Below are positions 36,431-49,370 of a DNA stretch of 64,000 nt, in pieces. The stretch comes from Pristiophorus japonicus. Taxonomy: Eukaryota. Position 1 is the stretch's first letter. Every line of letters begins with the position of its first letter. The stretch covers positions 5,952,001 through 6,016,000 of the forward strand of contig NC_092003.1 of the NCBI RefSeq assembly GCF_044704955.1. Reading direction: 5' to 3'. A program made the position numbers and the translations under genes. The notes beneath the pieces were generated by a model that had not been told where the DNA came from, did no database searches, and saw only the letters and a program-made list of their open reading frames with translations.

Positions 36431-39400
36431 ACATAGAAACATAGAAACATAGAAAATAGGTGCAGGAGTAGGCCATTCGGCCCTTCTAGCCTGCACCGCC
36501 ATTCAATGAGTTCATGGCTGAACATTCAACTTCAGTACCCCATTCCTGCTTTCTCGCCATACCCCTTGATCCCCCTAGTAGTAACTCCTTTTTGAATATA
36601 TTTAGTGAATTGGCCTCAACAACTTTCTGTGGTAGAGAATTCCACAGGTTCACCACTCTCTGGGTGAAGAAGTTCCTCCGCATCTCGGTCCTAAATGGCT
36701 TACCCCTTATCCTTAGACTGTGACCTCTGGTTCTGGACTTCCCCAACATTGGGAACATTCTTCCTGCATCTAACCTGTCTAACCCCGTCAGAATTTTAAA
36801 TGTTTCTATGAGGTCCCCTCTCATTCTTCTGAACTCCAGTGAATACAAGCCCAGTTGATCCAGTCTTTCTTGATAGGTCAATCCCGCCATCCCGGGAATC
36901 AGTCTGGTGAACCTTCGCTGCACTCCCTCAATAGCAAGAATGTCCTTCCTCAGGTTAGGAGACCAAAACTGTACACAATACTCCAGGTGTGGCCTCACCA
37001 ATGCCCTGTACAACTGTTGCAACACCTCCCTGCCCCTGTACTCAAATCCCCTTGCTATGAAGGCCAACATGCCATTTGTTTTCTTAACCGCCTGCTGCAC
37101 CTGCATGCCAACCTTCAATGACTGATGTACCATGACACCCAGGTCTCTTTGCACCTCCCCTTTTCCTAATCTGTCACCATTCAGATAATAGTCTGTCTCT
37201 CTGTTTTTACCACCAAAGTGGATAACCTCACATTTATCCACATTATACTTCATCTGCCATGCATTTGCCCACTCACCTAACCTATCCAAGTCGCTCTGCA
37301 GCCTCACAGCATCCTCCTCGCAGCTCACACTGCCACCCAACTTAGTGTCATCCGCAAATTTGGAGATACTACATTTAATCCCCTCATCTAAATCATTAAT
37401 GTACAGTGTAAACAGCTGGGGCCCCAGCACAGAACCTTGCGGTACCCCACTAGTCACTGCCTGCCATTCTGAAAAGTACCCATTTACTCCTACTCTTTGC
37501 TTCCTGTCTGACAACCAGTTCTCAATCCATGTCAGTACACTACCCCCAATCCCATGTGCTCTAACTTTGCACATCAATCTCTTGTGTGGGACCTTGTCGA
37601 ACGCCTTCTGAAAGTCCAAATATACCACATCAACTGGTTCTCCTTTGTCCACTTTACTGGAAACATCCTCAAAAAATTCCAGAAGATTTGTCAAGCATGA
37701 TTTCCCTTTCACAAATCCATGCTGACTTGGACCTATCGTGTCACCATTTTCCAGATGCACTGCTATGACATCCTTAATAATTGATTCCATCATTTTACCC
37801 ACTACTGAGGTCAGGCTGACCGGTCTATAATTCCGTGTTTTCTCTCTCCCTCCTTTTTTAAAAAGTGGGGTTACATTGGCTACCCTCCACTCGATAGGAA
37901 CTGATCCAGAGTCAATGGAATGTTGGAAAATGACTGTCAACGCATCCACTATTTCCAAGGCCACCTCCTTAAGTACTCTGGGATGCAGTCCATCAGGCCC
38001 TGGGGATTTATCGGCCTTCAATCCCATCAATTTCCCCAACACAATTTCCCGGCTAATAAGGATTTCCCTCAGTTCCTCCTCCTTACTAGACCCCCTGACC
38101 CCTTTTATAACCGGAAGGTTGTTCGTGTCCTCCTTCGTGAATACCGAACCAAAGTACTTGTTCAATTGGTCCGCCATTTCTTTGTTCCCCGTTATGACTT
38201 CCCCTGATTCTGACTGCAGGGGACCTACGTTTGTCTTTACTAACCTTTTTCTCTTTACATATCTATAGAAACTTTTGCAATCCGTCTTAATGTTCCCTGC
38301 AAGCTTCTTCTCATACTCCATTTTCCCTGCCCTAATCAAACCCTTTGTCCTCCTCTGCTGAGTTCTAAATTTCTCCCAGTCCCCAGGTTCGCTGCTATTT
38401 CTGGCCAATTTGTATGCCACCTCCTTGGCTTTAATACTATCCCTGATTTCCCTTGATAGCCACGGTTGAGCCACCTTCCCTTTTTTATTTTTATGCCAGA
38501 CAGGAATGTACAATTGTTGTAGTTCATCTATGCGGTCTCTAAATGTCTGCCATTGCCCATCCACAGTCAACCCCTTAAGTATCATTCGCCAATCCATCCC
38601 AGCCAATTCACGCCTCATACCTTCAAAGTTAGCCTTCTTTAAGTTCTGGACCATGGTCTCTGAATTAACTGTTTCATTCTCCATCCCAATGCAGAATTCC
38701 ACCATATTATGGTCACTCTTCCCCAAGGGGCCTCGCACAACGAGATTGCTAATTAATCCTCTCTCATTACATAACACCCAGTCTAAGATGGCCTCCCCCC
38801 TAGTTGGTTCCTCGACATATTGGTCTAAAAAACCATCCCTTATGCACTCCAGAAAATCCTCCTCCACCGTATTGCTTCCAGTTTGGTTAGCCCAATCTAT
38901 GTGCATATTAAAGTCACCCATTATAGCTGCTGCACCTTTATTGCACGCACCCCTAATTTCATGTTTGATGCCCTCCCCAACATCACTACTACTGTTTGGA
39001 GGTCTGTACACAACTCCCACTAACGTTTTTTGCCCTTTGGTGTTCTGCAGCTCTACCCATATAGATTCCACATCATCCAAGCTAATGTCCTTCCTAACTA
39101 TTGCCTTAATCTCCTCCTTAACCAGCAATGCTACCCCACCTCCTTTTCCTTTTATTCTATCCTTCCTGAATGTTGAATACCCCTGGATGTTGAGTTCCCA
39201 GCCCTGATCATCCTGGAGCCACGTCTCCGTAATCCCAATCACATCATATTTGTTAACATCTATTTGCACAGTTAATTCATCCACCTTATTGCGGATACTC
39301 CTTGCATTAAGACACAAAGCCTTTAGGCTTGTTTTTTTAACACCCTCTGTCCTTTTAGAATTTTGCTGTACAATGGCCCTTTTTGTTCTTTGCCTTGGGT

Positions 39401-40367
39401 TTCTCTGCCCTCCACTTTTCCTCATCTCCTTTCTGTCTTTTGTTTTTGCCTCCTTTTTGTTTCCCTCTATCTCCCTGCATTGGTTCCCATCCCCCTGCCA
39501 TATTAGTTTAACTCCTCCCCAACAGCACTAGCAAACACTCCCCCGAGGACATTGGTTCCGATTCTGCCCAGGTGCAGACCGTCCGGATTGTACTGGTCCC
39601 ACCTTCCCCAGAACCGGTTCCAATGCCCCAGGAATTTGAATCCCTCCCTGCTGCACCATTGCTCAAGCCACGTATTCATCTGAGCTATCCTGCGATTCCT
39701 ACTCTGACTAGCACGTGGCACTGGTAGCAATCCCGAGATTACTACTTTTGAGGTCCTACTTTTTAATTTAGCTCCTAGCTCCTTAAATTCATTTCGTAGG
39801 AACTCATCCCTTTTTTTTACCTATGTCATTGGTACCAACGTGCACCACGACAACTGGCTGTTCTCCCTCCCTTTTTAGAATGTCCTGCACCCGCTCCGAG
39901 ACATCCTTGACCCTTGCACCAGGGAGGCAACATACCATCCTGGAGTCTCGGTTGCGGCCGCAGAAACGCCTATCTATTCCCCTTACAATTGAATCCCCTA
40001 TCACTATCGCTCGGCCACTCTTTTTCCTGCCCTCCTGTGCAACAGAGCCAGCCACGGTGCCATGAACTTGGCTGCTGCTGCCCTCCCCTGATGAGTCATC
40101 CCCCTCAACAGTACTCAAAGCAGTGTATCTGTTTTGCAGTGGGATGACCACAGGGGACCCCTGCACTACCTTCCTTGCACTACTCTTCCTGCTGGTCTTC
40201 CATTCCCTCGCTGGCTGTGGACCCTTCTCCTGCGGTAAGACCAACTCGCTACACGTGATACTCACATCATTCTCAGCATCGTGGATGCTCCAGAGTGAAT
40301 CCACCTTCAGCTCCAACTCCGCAACGCGGACCGTCAGTAGCCGGAGGTGGACACACTTCCCGCACAT
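36431..40367 (-). mobile_element. Young, nearly complete CR1 (ORF1 remnant + ORF2)
   Basis: ORF1 esterase at 39503-40367 with a frameshift at a homopolymer near 39810; tail (CATAGAAA)x3 on the plus strand. Confidence 0.97.
36486..39425 (-). CDS. CR1 ORF2, APE endonuclease-reverse transcriptase (979 aa)
   Basis: Uninterrupted ORF with GITETW, YRPP, GDFN, SDH, QHGF, GVPQGS and FADD; the extreme C-terminus is frameshifted by a small deletion relative to sister copies. Confidence 0.95.
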   Translation of the reverse strand: MRKSGGQRNPRQRTKRAIVQQNSKRTEGVKKTSLKALCLNARSIRNKVDELTVQIDVNKYDVIGITETWLQDDQGWELNIQGYSTFRKDRIKGKGGGVALLVKEEIKAIVRKDISLDDVESIWVELQNTKGQKTLVGVVYRPPNSSSDVGEGIKHEIRGACNKGAAAIMGDFNMHIDWANQTGSNTVEEDFLECIRDGFLDQYVEEPTRGEAILDWVLCNERGLISNLVVRGPLGKSDHNMVEFCIGMENETVNSETMVQNLKKANFEGMRRELAGMDWRMILKGLTVDGQWQTFRDRIDELQQLYIPVWHKNKKGKVAQPWLSREIRDSIKAKEVAYKLARNSSEPGDWEKFRTQQRRTKGLIRAGKMEYEKKLAGNIKTDCKSFYRYVKRKRLVKTNVGPLQSESGEVITGNKEMADQLNKYFGSVFTKEDTNNLPVIKGVRGSSKEEELREILISREIVLGKLMGLKADKSPGPDGLHPRVLKEVALEIVDALTVIFQHSIDSGSVPIEWRVANVTPLFKKGGREKTRNYRPVSLTSVVGKMMESIIKDVIAVHLENGDTIGPSQHGFVKGKSCLTNLLEFFEDVSSKVDKGEPVDVVYLDFQKAFDKVPHKRLMCKVRAHGIGGSVLTWIENWLSDRKQRVGVNGYFSEWQAVTSGVPQGSVLGPQLFTLYINDLDEGIKCSISKFADDTKLGGSVSCEEDAVRLQSDLDRLGEWANAWQMKYNVDKCEVIHFGGKNRETDYYLNGDRLGKGEVQRDLGVMVHQSLKVGMQVQQAVKKTNGMLAFIARGFEYRGREVLQQLYRALVRPHLEYCVQFWSPNLRKDILAIEGVQRRFTRLIPGMAGLTYQERLDQLGLYSLEFRRMRGDLIETFKILTGLDRLDAGRMFPMLGKSRTRGHSLRIRGKPFRTEMRRNFFTQRVVNLWNSLPQKVVEANSLNIFKKELLLGGSRGMARKQEWGTEVECSAMNSLNGGAG

Positions 40368-40394
40368 GATGAGCTATATCTCATGGTACAAAGA

Positions 40395-40850
40395 GAGAAA
40401 GACTTGCATTTATATAGCACCTTTCATGACTACTGGACATCTCAAAGCACTTTACAGCCAATTAAATACTTTTGGAATGTAGTCACTGTAATGTAGGAAA
40501 CGCGGCAGCCAATTTGCGCACAGCAAGCTTCCACAGACAGTTATGTGATAATGACCAGTTCATCTGTTTTTGTTATGTTGATTGAGGAATAACTATTGGC
40601 CCGAGGGCTAACTCCCCCTGCTCTTCTTCAAAATAGTGCCATGGGATCTTTTACGTCCACCCGAGAGAGCAGACGGGGTCTCGGTTTAACATCTCATCCG
40701 AAAGACAGCACCTCTGACAGTGCAGCGCTCCCTCAGCATTGCACTGGAGTGTCAGCCTAGATTTTTGTGTGCAAGTTCCTGGAGTGGGACTTGAACCCAT
40801 AACCTTCTGACTCAGAGGCGAGAGTGCTGCCCACTGAGCCACAGCTGACA
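40395..40850 (-). mobile_element. Full-length DeuSINE (no minisatellite)
   Basis: Head, Deu core and tail in reverse complement; further copies at 57296-57745, 60455-60918 and 61495-61925 (all -). Confidence 0.9.
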
Positions 40851-40879
40851 CTGTTAAATGTACAATTACATTTCTGGGG

Positions 40880-41305
40880 TGTCGGAGGGGGGCGGGGGGA
40901 AACAGGTGTATTTAATTTGATTTTAAATGTCTAAAGTTTAATTTGTTTATTCTGTCGGTTTTAGTGTACCACCCCTTTTAGCCAGGGGGCACTTGTATAA
41001 TTTGTGTTTTTAGTGCCCTAAAAAAACCAAAAAAAAGCAAGGAGACACTTGTTTGAAAGTCTTTGGTGTGTCCCTCCCCCTTTAATCAGGGGCTTTTGAT
41101 TTAACTGTTTTCTACAAAAATAGTTTTAGAGCTTTTGCATTGTGAGTGGCTTAGCCTGACACGTGATGTTCACAAGACTCAATAAAACCCCAGTCAGTTG
41201 AATCGAGGTCATCCGCGATGAGTTATGCAGTTGTGAGCCTAATGGATGAACTGGTAATGTATCGTGCGACTGTTAAACCTTTGTTAATAAACCAACTAGT
41301 TCTGA
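40880..41305 (+). mobile_element. Non-LTR 3' tail (to 41123) fused to the right half of the TGTAAT-family LTR
   Basis: GGGGGCACTTG...TTTGATTTAA..AAAAATAG|TTTTAGAGCTTTTGCATTGTGAG, the same junction as 6585/6586. Confidence 0.7.
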
Positions 41306-41329
41306 CTGGTGCTGTTCCCACATGAATAG

Positions 41330-43452
41330 ACTGGCTACTGATGCTTAAAGGGTTGCCAGTGGATAGGCAATGGCAAACATTTAAAGATCACATGGATGAA
41401 TCTCAACAATTGTATATCCTTGTCTGGAGTAAAAATAAAATGGGGAAGGTGGCTCAACCGTGGCTAACAAGGGAAATTAAGGATAGTGTTAAATCCAAGG
41501 AAGAGGCATATAAATTGGCCAGAAAAAGCAGCAAACCTGAGGACTGGGAAAATTTTGTAATACAGCAGAGGAGGACAAAGGGTTTAATTAGGAGGGGGGA
41601 AAATAGAGTATAAGAGGATGCTTGCTGGGAACATAAAAACTGACTGCAAAAGCTTCTATAGATATGTGAAGAGAAAAAGATTAGTGAAAACAAACGTAGG
41701 TCCCTTGCAGTCAGATTCAGGTGAATTTATAATGGGGAACAAAGAAATGGCGGACCAGTTAAACAAATACTTTGGTTCTGTTTTCACGAAGGAAGACACA
41801 AATAACCTTCCAGAAATACTAGGGGACCGAGTGTCTAGTGAGAAGGCGGGAAATTGTGTTAGGGAAATTGATTGGATTGAAGGCCGATAAATCCCCGGGG
41901 CCTGATAGTCTGCATCCCAGAGTACTTAAGCAAGTGGCCCTAGAAATAGTGGATGTATTGGTGATCATTTTCCAACAGTCTATCGACTCTGGATCAGTTC
42001 CTATGGACTGGAGGGTAGCTAATGTAACACCACTGTTTAAAAAAGGAAGGAGAGAGAAAGCGGATAATTATCGACCGGTTAGCCTGACATCAGTAGTAGG
42101 GAAAATGTTGGAATCAATTATTAAAGATGAAATAGCAGCGCATTTGGAAAGCAGTGACAGGATCGGTCCAAGTCAGCATGGATTTATGAAAGGGAAATCA
42201 TGCTTGACAAATCTTCTGGAATTTTTTGAGGATGTAACTAGTAGTGTGGACAAGGGAGAACCAGTGGATGTGGTGTATTTGGACTTTCAAAAGGCCTTTG
42301 ACAAGGTCCCACAAAAATGATTGGTGTGAAAAATCAAAGCACATGGTATTGGGGGTAATGTACTGATGTGGATAGAGAACTGGTTGGTAGTCAGGAAGCA
42401 GAGAGTCAGGTTAAACGGGTCCTTTTCAGAATGGCAGGCAGTGACTAGTGAAGTGCCGCAGGGCTCAGCGCTGGGACCACAGCTCTTTACAATATACATT
42501 AATGATTTAGATGAAGGAATTGAGTGTAATATCTCCAAGTTTGCAGATGACACTAAACTGGGTGGCGGTGTGAGCTGTGAGGAGGACGCTAAAAGGCTGC
42601 AGGGTGACTTGGACAGGTTAGGTGAGTGGGCACATGCATGGCAGATACTGTATAGTGTGGATAAATGTGAGGTTATCCACTTTGGGGGCAAAAACACGAA
42701 GGCAGGATATTACCTGAATGGCGGCAGATTAGGAAAGGGGGAGGTGCAACGAGACCTGGGTGTCATGGTTCATCAGTCATTGAAAGGTGGCATGCAGGTA
42801 CAGCAGGCGGTGAAGAAGGCAAATGGTATGTTGGCCTTCATAGCTAGGGGATTTGAGTATAGGAGCAGGGAGGTCTTACTGCAGTTGTACAGGGCTTTGG
42901 TGAGGCCTGGAATATTGTGTTCAGTTTTGGTCTCCTAATCTGAGAAAGGATGTTCTTGCTATTGAGGGAGTGCAGCGAAGGTTCACCAGACTGATTCCCG
43001 GGATGACGGGACTAACATATGAGGAGAGACTGGATCAACTGGGCCTTTATACACTGGAATTTAGAAGGATGAGAGGGGATCTCATAGAAATTTATAAGAT
43101 TCTGACGGGACTGGACAGGTTAAATGCGGGAAGAATGATGGGGCAGTCCAGAACCAGGGGACACAGTCTTAGGATAAGGGGTAAGCCATTTAGGACTGAG
43201 ATAAGGAAAAACTTCTTCACTCAGAGAGTTGTTAACCTGTGGAATTCCCTACAGCAGAGTTGTTGATGCCAGTTCATTGGATATATTCAAGAGGGAGTTA
43301 GATATGACCCTTATGGCTAAAGGGATCAAGGGGTATGGAGAGAAAACAGGAAAGGGGTACTGAGGGAATGATCAGCCATGATCTTATTGAATGGTGGTGC
43401 TGGCTCGAAGGGCCGAATGGCCTACTCCTGCACCTATTTTCTATGTTTCTAT
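41330..43452 (+). mobile_element. CR1 LINE, 5'-truncated, decayed
   Basis: Fragmented RT ORFs 41341-43266; CR1 tail. Confidence 0.95.
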
Positions 43453-44344
43453 GAAGACTTAACATACACTAAATTCTTCTGTTTGCGCTTTTCATGCAGA
43501 CGTCAACCAAATAAATTTGCTTTGGACTTGAGCAGAAACACAAGCGGGGCTTGGGACAAGTACATTCTGCATCCATACAGGAACAACACTGGTCAGAAAT
43601 TGTACCCCAGAATGCCCATTGTACCCTAGAATTCACTATGTGAATGAAAAATTTGCTTGCAGTCCTCAATATCATTCTAGTTCTATTTTACATAGTTAGT
43701 ATTGAATATGTACATAAATTTGCTCTTTGTTTCCCAATAAACAATTTAAAACAAAGGGCATCTGTGCGCTGATATATTCAAAATATTAAAGCAATGCTTC
43801 AAAACAGACTTTCGAAGCTTCTATGAACAAGGGCAATTTCAACATGAAACTGACAAAATCTGCAGTCTTTGCACAACAATCCAGAGTGCCAGTATTTTAA
43901 ATTCTATGTGCATTTTAACTGCTACACGGCATCAATAAGCTAACAAATATATTAAAAAGGAAGGCCTGTAGGGGAAGAATGTGTGGTGCAATGGGTTAAG
44001 ACAACATTCTTTCATCTCTAGAACCTGGCCTGAGAGAATTAAAGTCATTTGTCTGCTGACTGTATCTGTCCTATGAAATGAGCTATAGTAGTCTCAATAC
44101 AATTTCTTGTTTCCAAAATCCCACAACACATAAATGTTTCTAAATTGGGTGACTCGCTCAGACTTATTTTGGTACATAAGAACATAAGAAATAGGAGCAG
44201 GAGTAGGCCATCAAGTGAATGAATTTTTTTAATGAAGCAAAAGGATATAGACTGCGTCACCCTGCCCTGGCTTGATTTGGCTCCCAGTAACTGTTCATAG
44301 TGCAGTAGGAAAGCATGTTGCATTGTCACCTCAGAATTTTTTAT

Positions 44345-44985
44345 TATTCGTTCATGGAATGTGGGCATCGCTGGCAAGGCCGGCATTTATTGCCCATCCC
44401 TAACTGCCCTCGAGAAGGTGGTGTGAGCCGCCGTCTTGAACCGCTGCAGTCCGTGTGGTGAAGGTGCTCCCACAGTGCTGTTAGGGAGGGAGTTCCAGGA
44501 TTTTGACTCAGCGACAATGAAGGAACAGCCGATATATTTCCAAGTCGGATGGTGCCTGCTGCCCTTGTCCTTCTAGATGATAGAGGTTACGGGTTTCGGA
44601 GACGGTGTCAAAGAAGCCTTGGCGAGTTGCTGAAGTGCATCTTGTAGACGGTGCACACTGCAGCCACGGTGTGCCGGTGGTAGAGGGAGTGAATGTTGAA
44701 GGTGGTAGGTAGCATGCCGGTCAAGCGGGCTGCTTTGTCCTCGATGGTGTCGAGCTTCTTGAGTGTTGTTGGAGCTGCACTCATCCAGGCAAGTGGAGAG
44801 TATTCCACCACACTCCTGACTTGTGTCTTGTAGATGGTGGAAAGGCTTTGGGGAGTCAGGAGGTGAGACACTCGCTGCAGAATACCCAGCCTCTGACCCA
44901 CTCTTGTTACCACAGTATTTGTGTGGCTGGTCCAATTAAGTTTCTGGTCAATGGTGACCCCCAGAATGTTGATGTTGGGGGATTC
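44345..44985 (-). mobile_element. Non-LTR LINE 3' portion (clade uncertain)
   Basis: ORF 44608-44913 RLGIL..YKTQVRSVVEYSPLAW, the RT C-terminal region. Confidence 0.8.
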
Positions 44986-45331
44986 GGCAATAGTACGAGA
45001 ATAGCATGTAGCATTTGGGAGAGACGAAGGAGATTTAAGCCATAAGGTGCAAATAAGTATTTGTACAAAAGATCTACCTTAAAGGCACAGTATGCATCAA
45101 AATTTGTAGTTTTATAGCCTTCCCAAAATGAACAGTTTCCCACATAACTTGCACAAGACATTCATATATCGTAACAGACTTCCCATATCTTCTGAATAAA
45201 CTATATCCTTTAGCTCCACATATTGTAATCTCCATCCACAAAATAAAATAATACATGTTTTTTCTGATTTCAGGTACCACAATAAATCTGTCAAAACGCT
45301 TTACGAGCTGCTACTGTTATAAGCTACATCA

Positions 45332-46933
45332 ATGGCTATCCAACCATCGCTCATAAAAGAAAAACTCCTTTTCAGTATGAACACAACTCCCGAATGTATT
45401 TTCCCTGTGCTCACCAACTGCTCTCCAGGCAAGAATCAAACCGAAGCCCAAACAGCAGTCCACAGAGCCACGCTGGCCACCTGCCTCCTGCTACTCCTGC
45501 TGGTGTTCGGCCTGGGGTCCTACGGGAATCTAATCGTCTTTTCCTCCTTCTTCAATCCAGCCTTCAGGAAGTTTAGGACGCATTTTGACTTCATGATCCT
45601 GAACCTGTCATTTTGTGACCTCTTTATCTGCCTTGTCACAGCCCCCATGTTTGGCTTCGTGATGTTCTTCGACAACGGCAGTGGCATGTCGGACACGTTC
45701 TGCTTCGCGTTCCACCTGACGAGCACCGGGTTCGTCATCATGTCCTTGAAAACGGTGGCGGTGATTGCGGTCCACCGTCTGCGCATGGTGCTGGGGCAGC
45801 AGACTACCCACTCCTCCTCGTCCGTCTGCACCCTCCTCCTTACCGTCATCCTGTGGGCCGTCAGCTTCACCCTGGCCACCTTGTCGGCCATGACGAAATA
45901 CCACAGCTCCAAGATCTGCGTGCCGCTGCTGGGGCTCATCAACGAAGACGGCAAGGTCATTTTGTATACGTACGTGGTGGACTTTACCCTCTGCGTGGGC
46001 ATTGTGGCAATCTCTTACGCCATGATCGCTCAGACTCTGCACAAGAACGCACAGGTACGGCGTTGCCCTGTCATCACGGTGGTTGACTCCAAAAGGCCCG
46101 ACTGTTTCACCCCTCCAGAAGGATCAGGGCCCTCTTTATACAGAAAACAGAAAGGCAACACAGCACCCCATGTGCAGACACACCTGCACGCCCACAGCCA
46201 AAGTAAAAACGCCTCCACCTCCAATAAGAAGCTGGAACAGACTGTGAACCTTTCCACTGTTAAGGACTCCAAAGCAGTCGTGACCTGCATTATGATTCTG
46301 CTGTCGGTGGTCTGCTGCCTGCCCCTGGGGATAGCTTTGGTGCACGACGCCCTGTCTTCGGAAAGCAGTTTCCTCATCTATCAGTTTGAGCTCTGCGGAT
46401 TAACCTTGGTCTTTTTCCGGTCGGGCCTCAACCCGTTTATCTATTCCCGCAGCAACTCCGGCCTCCGCAAGAAAGTGGCGTGGTGCACACAGCTCCTGGC
46501 CCTGCTGCTGTGCTGCAAGCAGAAGACAAGGTTGAAAGCCGTGGGCGATGGCAGCCTGGTTGTGAACCGCAACAAGTCCTCACACCATGACACCAATTCG
46601 GCCTACATCCTCTCCCCCAAACCCCAGAAAAAGCTGGTGGACCAGGCCTGCGGGCCGAGCAACTCCAAGGATGTCTTCACCTCGGTCGAGTATCCTCAAA
46701 AAGCACAGAGTGCCTCCACGCCCATCAACACGAGGATAGAGCCTTACTACAGCATCTACAACAGCAGCATCTCCCAGGAGCACAGCACGCCCACCAGTCT
46801 GCAGCCCAAGAGGCACGCCTTTGGCTCGGCTCAGTCCTACACTGAGATGTATTACCACATCTCGAAAACATCCGATTTCATGCCGGACTGTGACAGCACT
46901 TCTGCCAAACACATCCCCGTCCCATCTGTCTAG
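45332..46933 (+). CDS. GPR75: GPR75-like orphan class A GPCR, intronless CDS (alternative start at Met16, 45377)
   Basis: Seven hydrophobic segments; GPR75 hallmarks [32 protein letters not shown] in place of [42 protein letters not shown]-terminal IPVPSV; upstream acceptor TTTCAG at 45273. Orthologue versus paralogue is unresolved. Confidence 0.93.
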   Translation: MAIQPSLIKEKLLFSMNTTPECIFPVLTNCSPGKNQTEAQTAVHRATLATCLLLLLLVFGLGSYGNLIVFSSFFNPAFRKFRTHFDFMILNLSFCDLFICLVTAPMFGFVMFFDNGSGMSDTFCFAFHLTSTGFVIMSLKTVAVIAVHRLRMVLGQQTTHSSSSVCTLLLTVILWAVSFTLATLSAMTKYHSSKICVPLLGLINEDGKVILYTYVVDFTLCVGIVAISYAMIAQTLHKNAQVRRCPVITVVDSKRPDCFTPPEGSGPSLYRKQKGNTAPHVQTHLHAHSQSKNASTSNKKLEQTVNLSTVKDSKAVVTCIMILLSVVCCLPLGIALVHDALSSESSFLIYQFELCGLTLVFFRSGLNPFIYSRSNSGLRKKVAWCTQLLALLLCCKQKTRLKAVGDGSLVVNRNKSSHHDTNSAYILSPKPQKKLVDQACGPSNSKDVFTSVEYPQKAQSASTPINTRIEPYYSIYNSSISQEHSTPTSLQPKRHAFGSAQSYTEMYYHISKTSDFMPDCDSTSAKHIPVPSV

Positions 46934-49135
46934 ACCAATCAGCATTCCATATGAACACCAGAATGGTACTGGACGAAACTGTGGTGAATCTTTGGAATTC
47001 TCTACCTCAGAGGGCTGTGGAGGCTCAGTCTTTGAGTACATTCAAGGCAGAGATTGATAGATTTTTGGATATTAAGGGAATTAAGTCACTGCCTGCCATT
47101 CTGAAAAGACCTGTTTATTCCTACTCTTTGCTTCTTATCTGCCAACCAGTTCTCTATCCACGTCAGTACATTACCCCCAATACCATATGCTTTAATTTTG
47201 AACACTAATCTCTTGTGTGGGACCTTGTCAAAAGCTTTTTGAATGTCCAAATACACCACATCCACATCAAAAGGGAGTTAGATGTGGTCGTTACGGCTAA
47301 AGGGATCAAGGGGTGTGGAGCGAAAGCAGGAATGGGGTACTGAAGTTGCATGATCAGCCATGATCATATTGAATGGTGGTGCAGGCTCGAAGGGCCGAAT
47401 GGCCTACTCCTGCACCTATTTTCTATGTTTCTATGGGGCTAGTGCGGGAAAGTGGAGTTGAGGTAGAAGATCAGTCATGATCTTATTGAATGGCGGAGCA
47501 GGCTCGAGGGGCCGAATGGCCGACTCCTGCTCCTAATTCTTGTTATGTTCTTAAACAGAAAACACGTTCACTGAAGTCCGCGGTGTCAAGAATTTATTGC
47601 TGGGTGGCAGACATCTCTGTTGACAAGTATCAGTAACGCAAGGACATTGCTAATTATAGGGCAATTTACTGTATGTATTGTTAAGATATCAAATATAGCA
47701 ATGAACACTGATTATAAGCTAACAAATCTGTAAAAATCTGGTGCAGCATGGCTTATGTATGTCTCACTGCCAAATCATGTATGCTATAAATTGTATAACT
47801 GTACCCCCAGAATGCTGATATTTGAGAGCAGGAGGGGCTATGTTGGTAGCAGAGAGACTGATATTCATTAAACTGACTTATTGAACAGCTGGAAACTATG
47901 TGGAAGTCCATATAAATGATACATCTCCCATATAATAGTTGTGCAATTACGTACATAGGATATACAGCACAGAAACAGGCCATTCGGCCCAACCAGACCA
48001 TGCCAACATTTATGCACCACTCGAGCCTCCTCCCGTCTTTCCTCATCTAAATTTATCAGCATAACCCTCTATTCCCTTCTCCCTCATATGCTTGTCTAAC
48101 CTCCTCTTAAATGCATCGATACTATTCACTCCAACCACTCCCTGTGGTAGCATGTTCCACATTCTCACCATCCTTGGGTAAAGAAGTTTCTTTTGAATTC
48201 CCTAATGGATTTCTTGGTGACTATCTTGTATTGATGGCCTCTAGTTATGCTCTTCCCCACAAGTGGAAACATTCTCTCTGTATCCGCTCTATCAAAACCT
48301 TTCATATCTTTAAATATCCTTTCCTGATATGTATACACTATTCGCATGCCAGACACGAGACTCCCAAAGCAAACGCTCTACTCGGAACTCCTTCACAGCA
48401 AACCCTCAAAGCCTCCGTGATAAAGTGCAACATCGCCACTGACACCTGGGGGTCCCTGGCCAAAGTCCGCCCTAAGTGGAGGAAGTGCATCCTGGAGGGT
48501 GCTGAGCACCTCGAGTCTCGTCGCCGAGAGCATGCAGAAATCAAGCTCAGGCAGCGGAAGGAGCGTGCGGCAAACCTGTCCCACCCACCCTTACCCTCAA
48601 CGACTATCTGTCCCACCTGTGACAGAGATTATGGTTCTTGTATTGGACTGTTCAGCCACCTAAGGACTCATTTTTAGAGCGGAAGAAAGTCTTCCTCGAT
48701 TCCGAGGGATATGACAGATTTCTGGTATCATCCTTGTAAATCTTCCCTGCACACTCACCAGTCCCTCGCTATCCTTTTTATAATATGGCGACCAGGACTG
48801 TACGCAGTACTCTAAGTGTGGTCTACCCAAGGTTCGATACATGTTTAGAATAACTTCCCTACATTTCAAATCTATACCTCTAGAAATAAATCCTAGTGCT
48901 TGGTTTGCTTTTTTTATGGCCTTGCTAACCTGTGTCGCCTGGTCGTCACTGGGAGAAGCAAAACTGGCAAAGGTGGGTCGTTTCTTACACTGCTCAAATC
49001 GTAGCTTCCAATAGGTCAATCAAGAAGCAGCATCATTCTTTGGTCAATTCCCTACCTCCTAACAGAGTAGAACTGTGTGCACCACTGATAGAACGAATAG
49101 CAATAATGGACTATCCATAAAATGGACTATCGTCC

Positions 49136-49172
49136 AGTTCTGACGAAAGGTCATCGACCTGAAACGTTAACT
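49136..49172 (+). ncRNA. Minimal type I hammerhead ribozyme in a Penelope-like fragment (about 49136-49270)
   Basis: AGTT-CTGACGA-A-AGGTC atc GACCT-GAAA-CGTT-AACT: stem I AGTT/AACT, stem II AGGTC/GACCT, palindromic stem III region AACGTT. Confidence 0.7.
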
Positions 49173-49370
49173 CTGTTCCTCTCTCCACAGATGATGCCTG
49201 ACCTGCTGACTATTTTCAGAATTTTCAGTTTCTATTTCAGATTTCCAGCATCCGCAGTATTTTTATTTTGTCAGCGTAGTGCTCCCCATTTGTCATTGAT
49301 CAGGGAGTTCTCCATAATGTTACATCTTCCCAGCGGCATCGGTCTATAAAGTATAAAACTAGGCAACAGA

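Noticed and set aside
17600-45270. PSME4 expected between ACYP and GPR75 from human synteny
   Set aside because: No recognisable exons by eye and the interval is mostly repeats; small remnants cannot be excluded without tBLASTn
45394-47041. Overlapping and antisense ORFs within GPR75-like and the CR1 copies
   Set aside because: Shadow frames of real coding sequence
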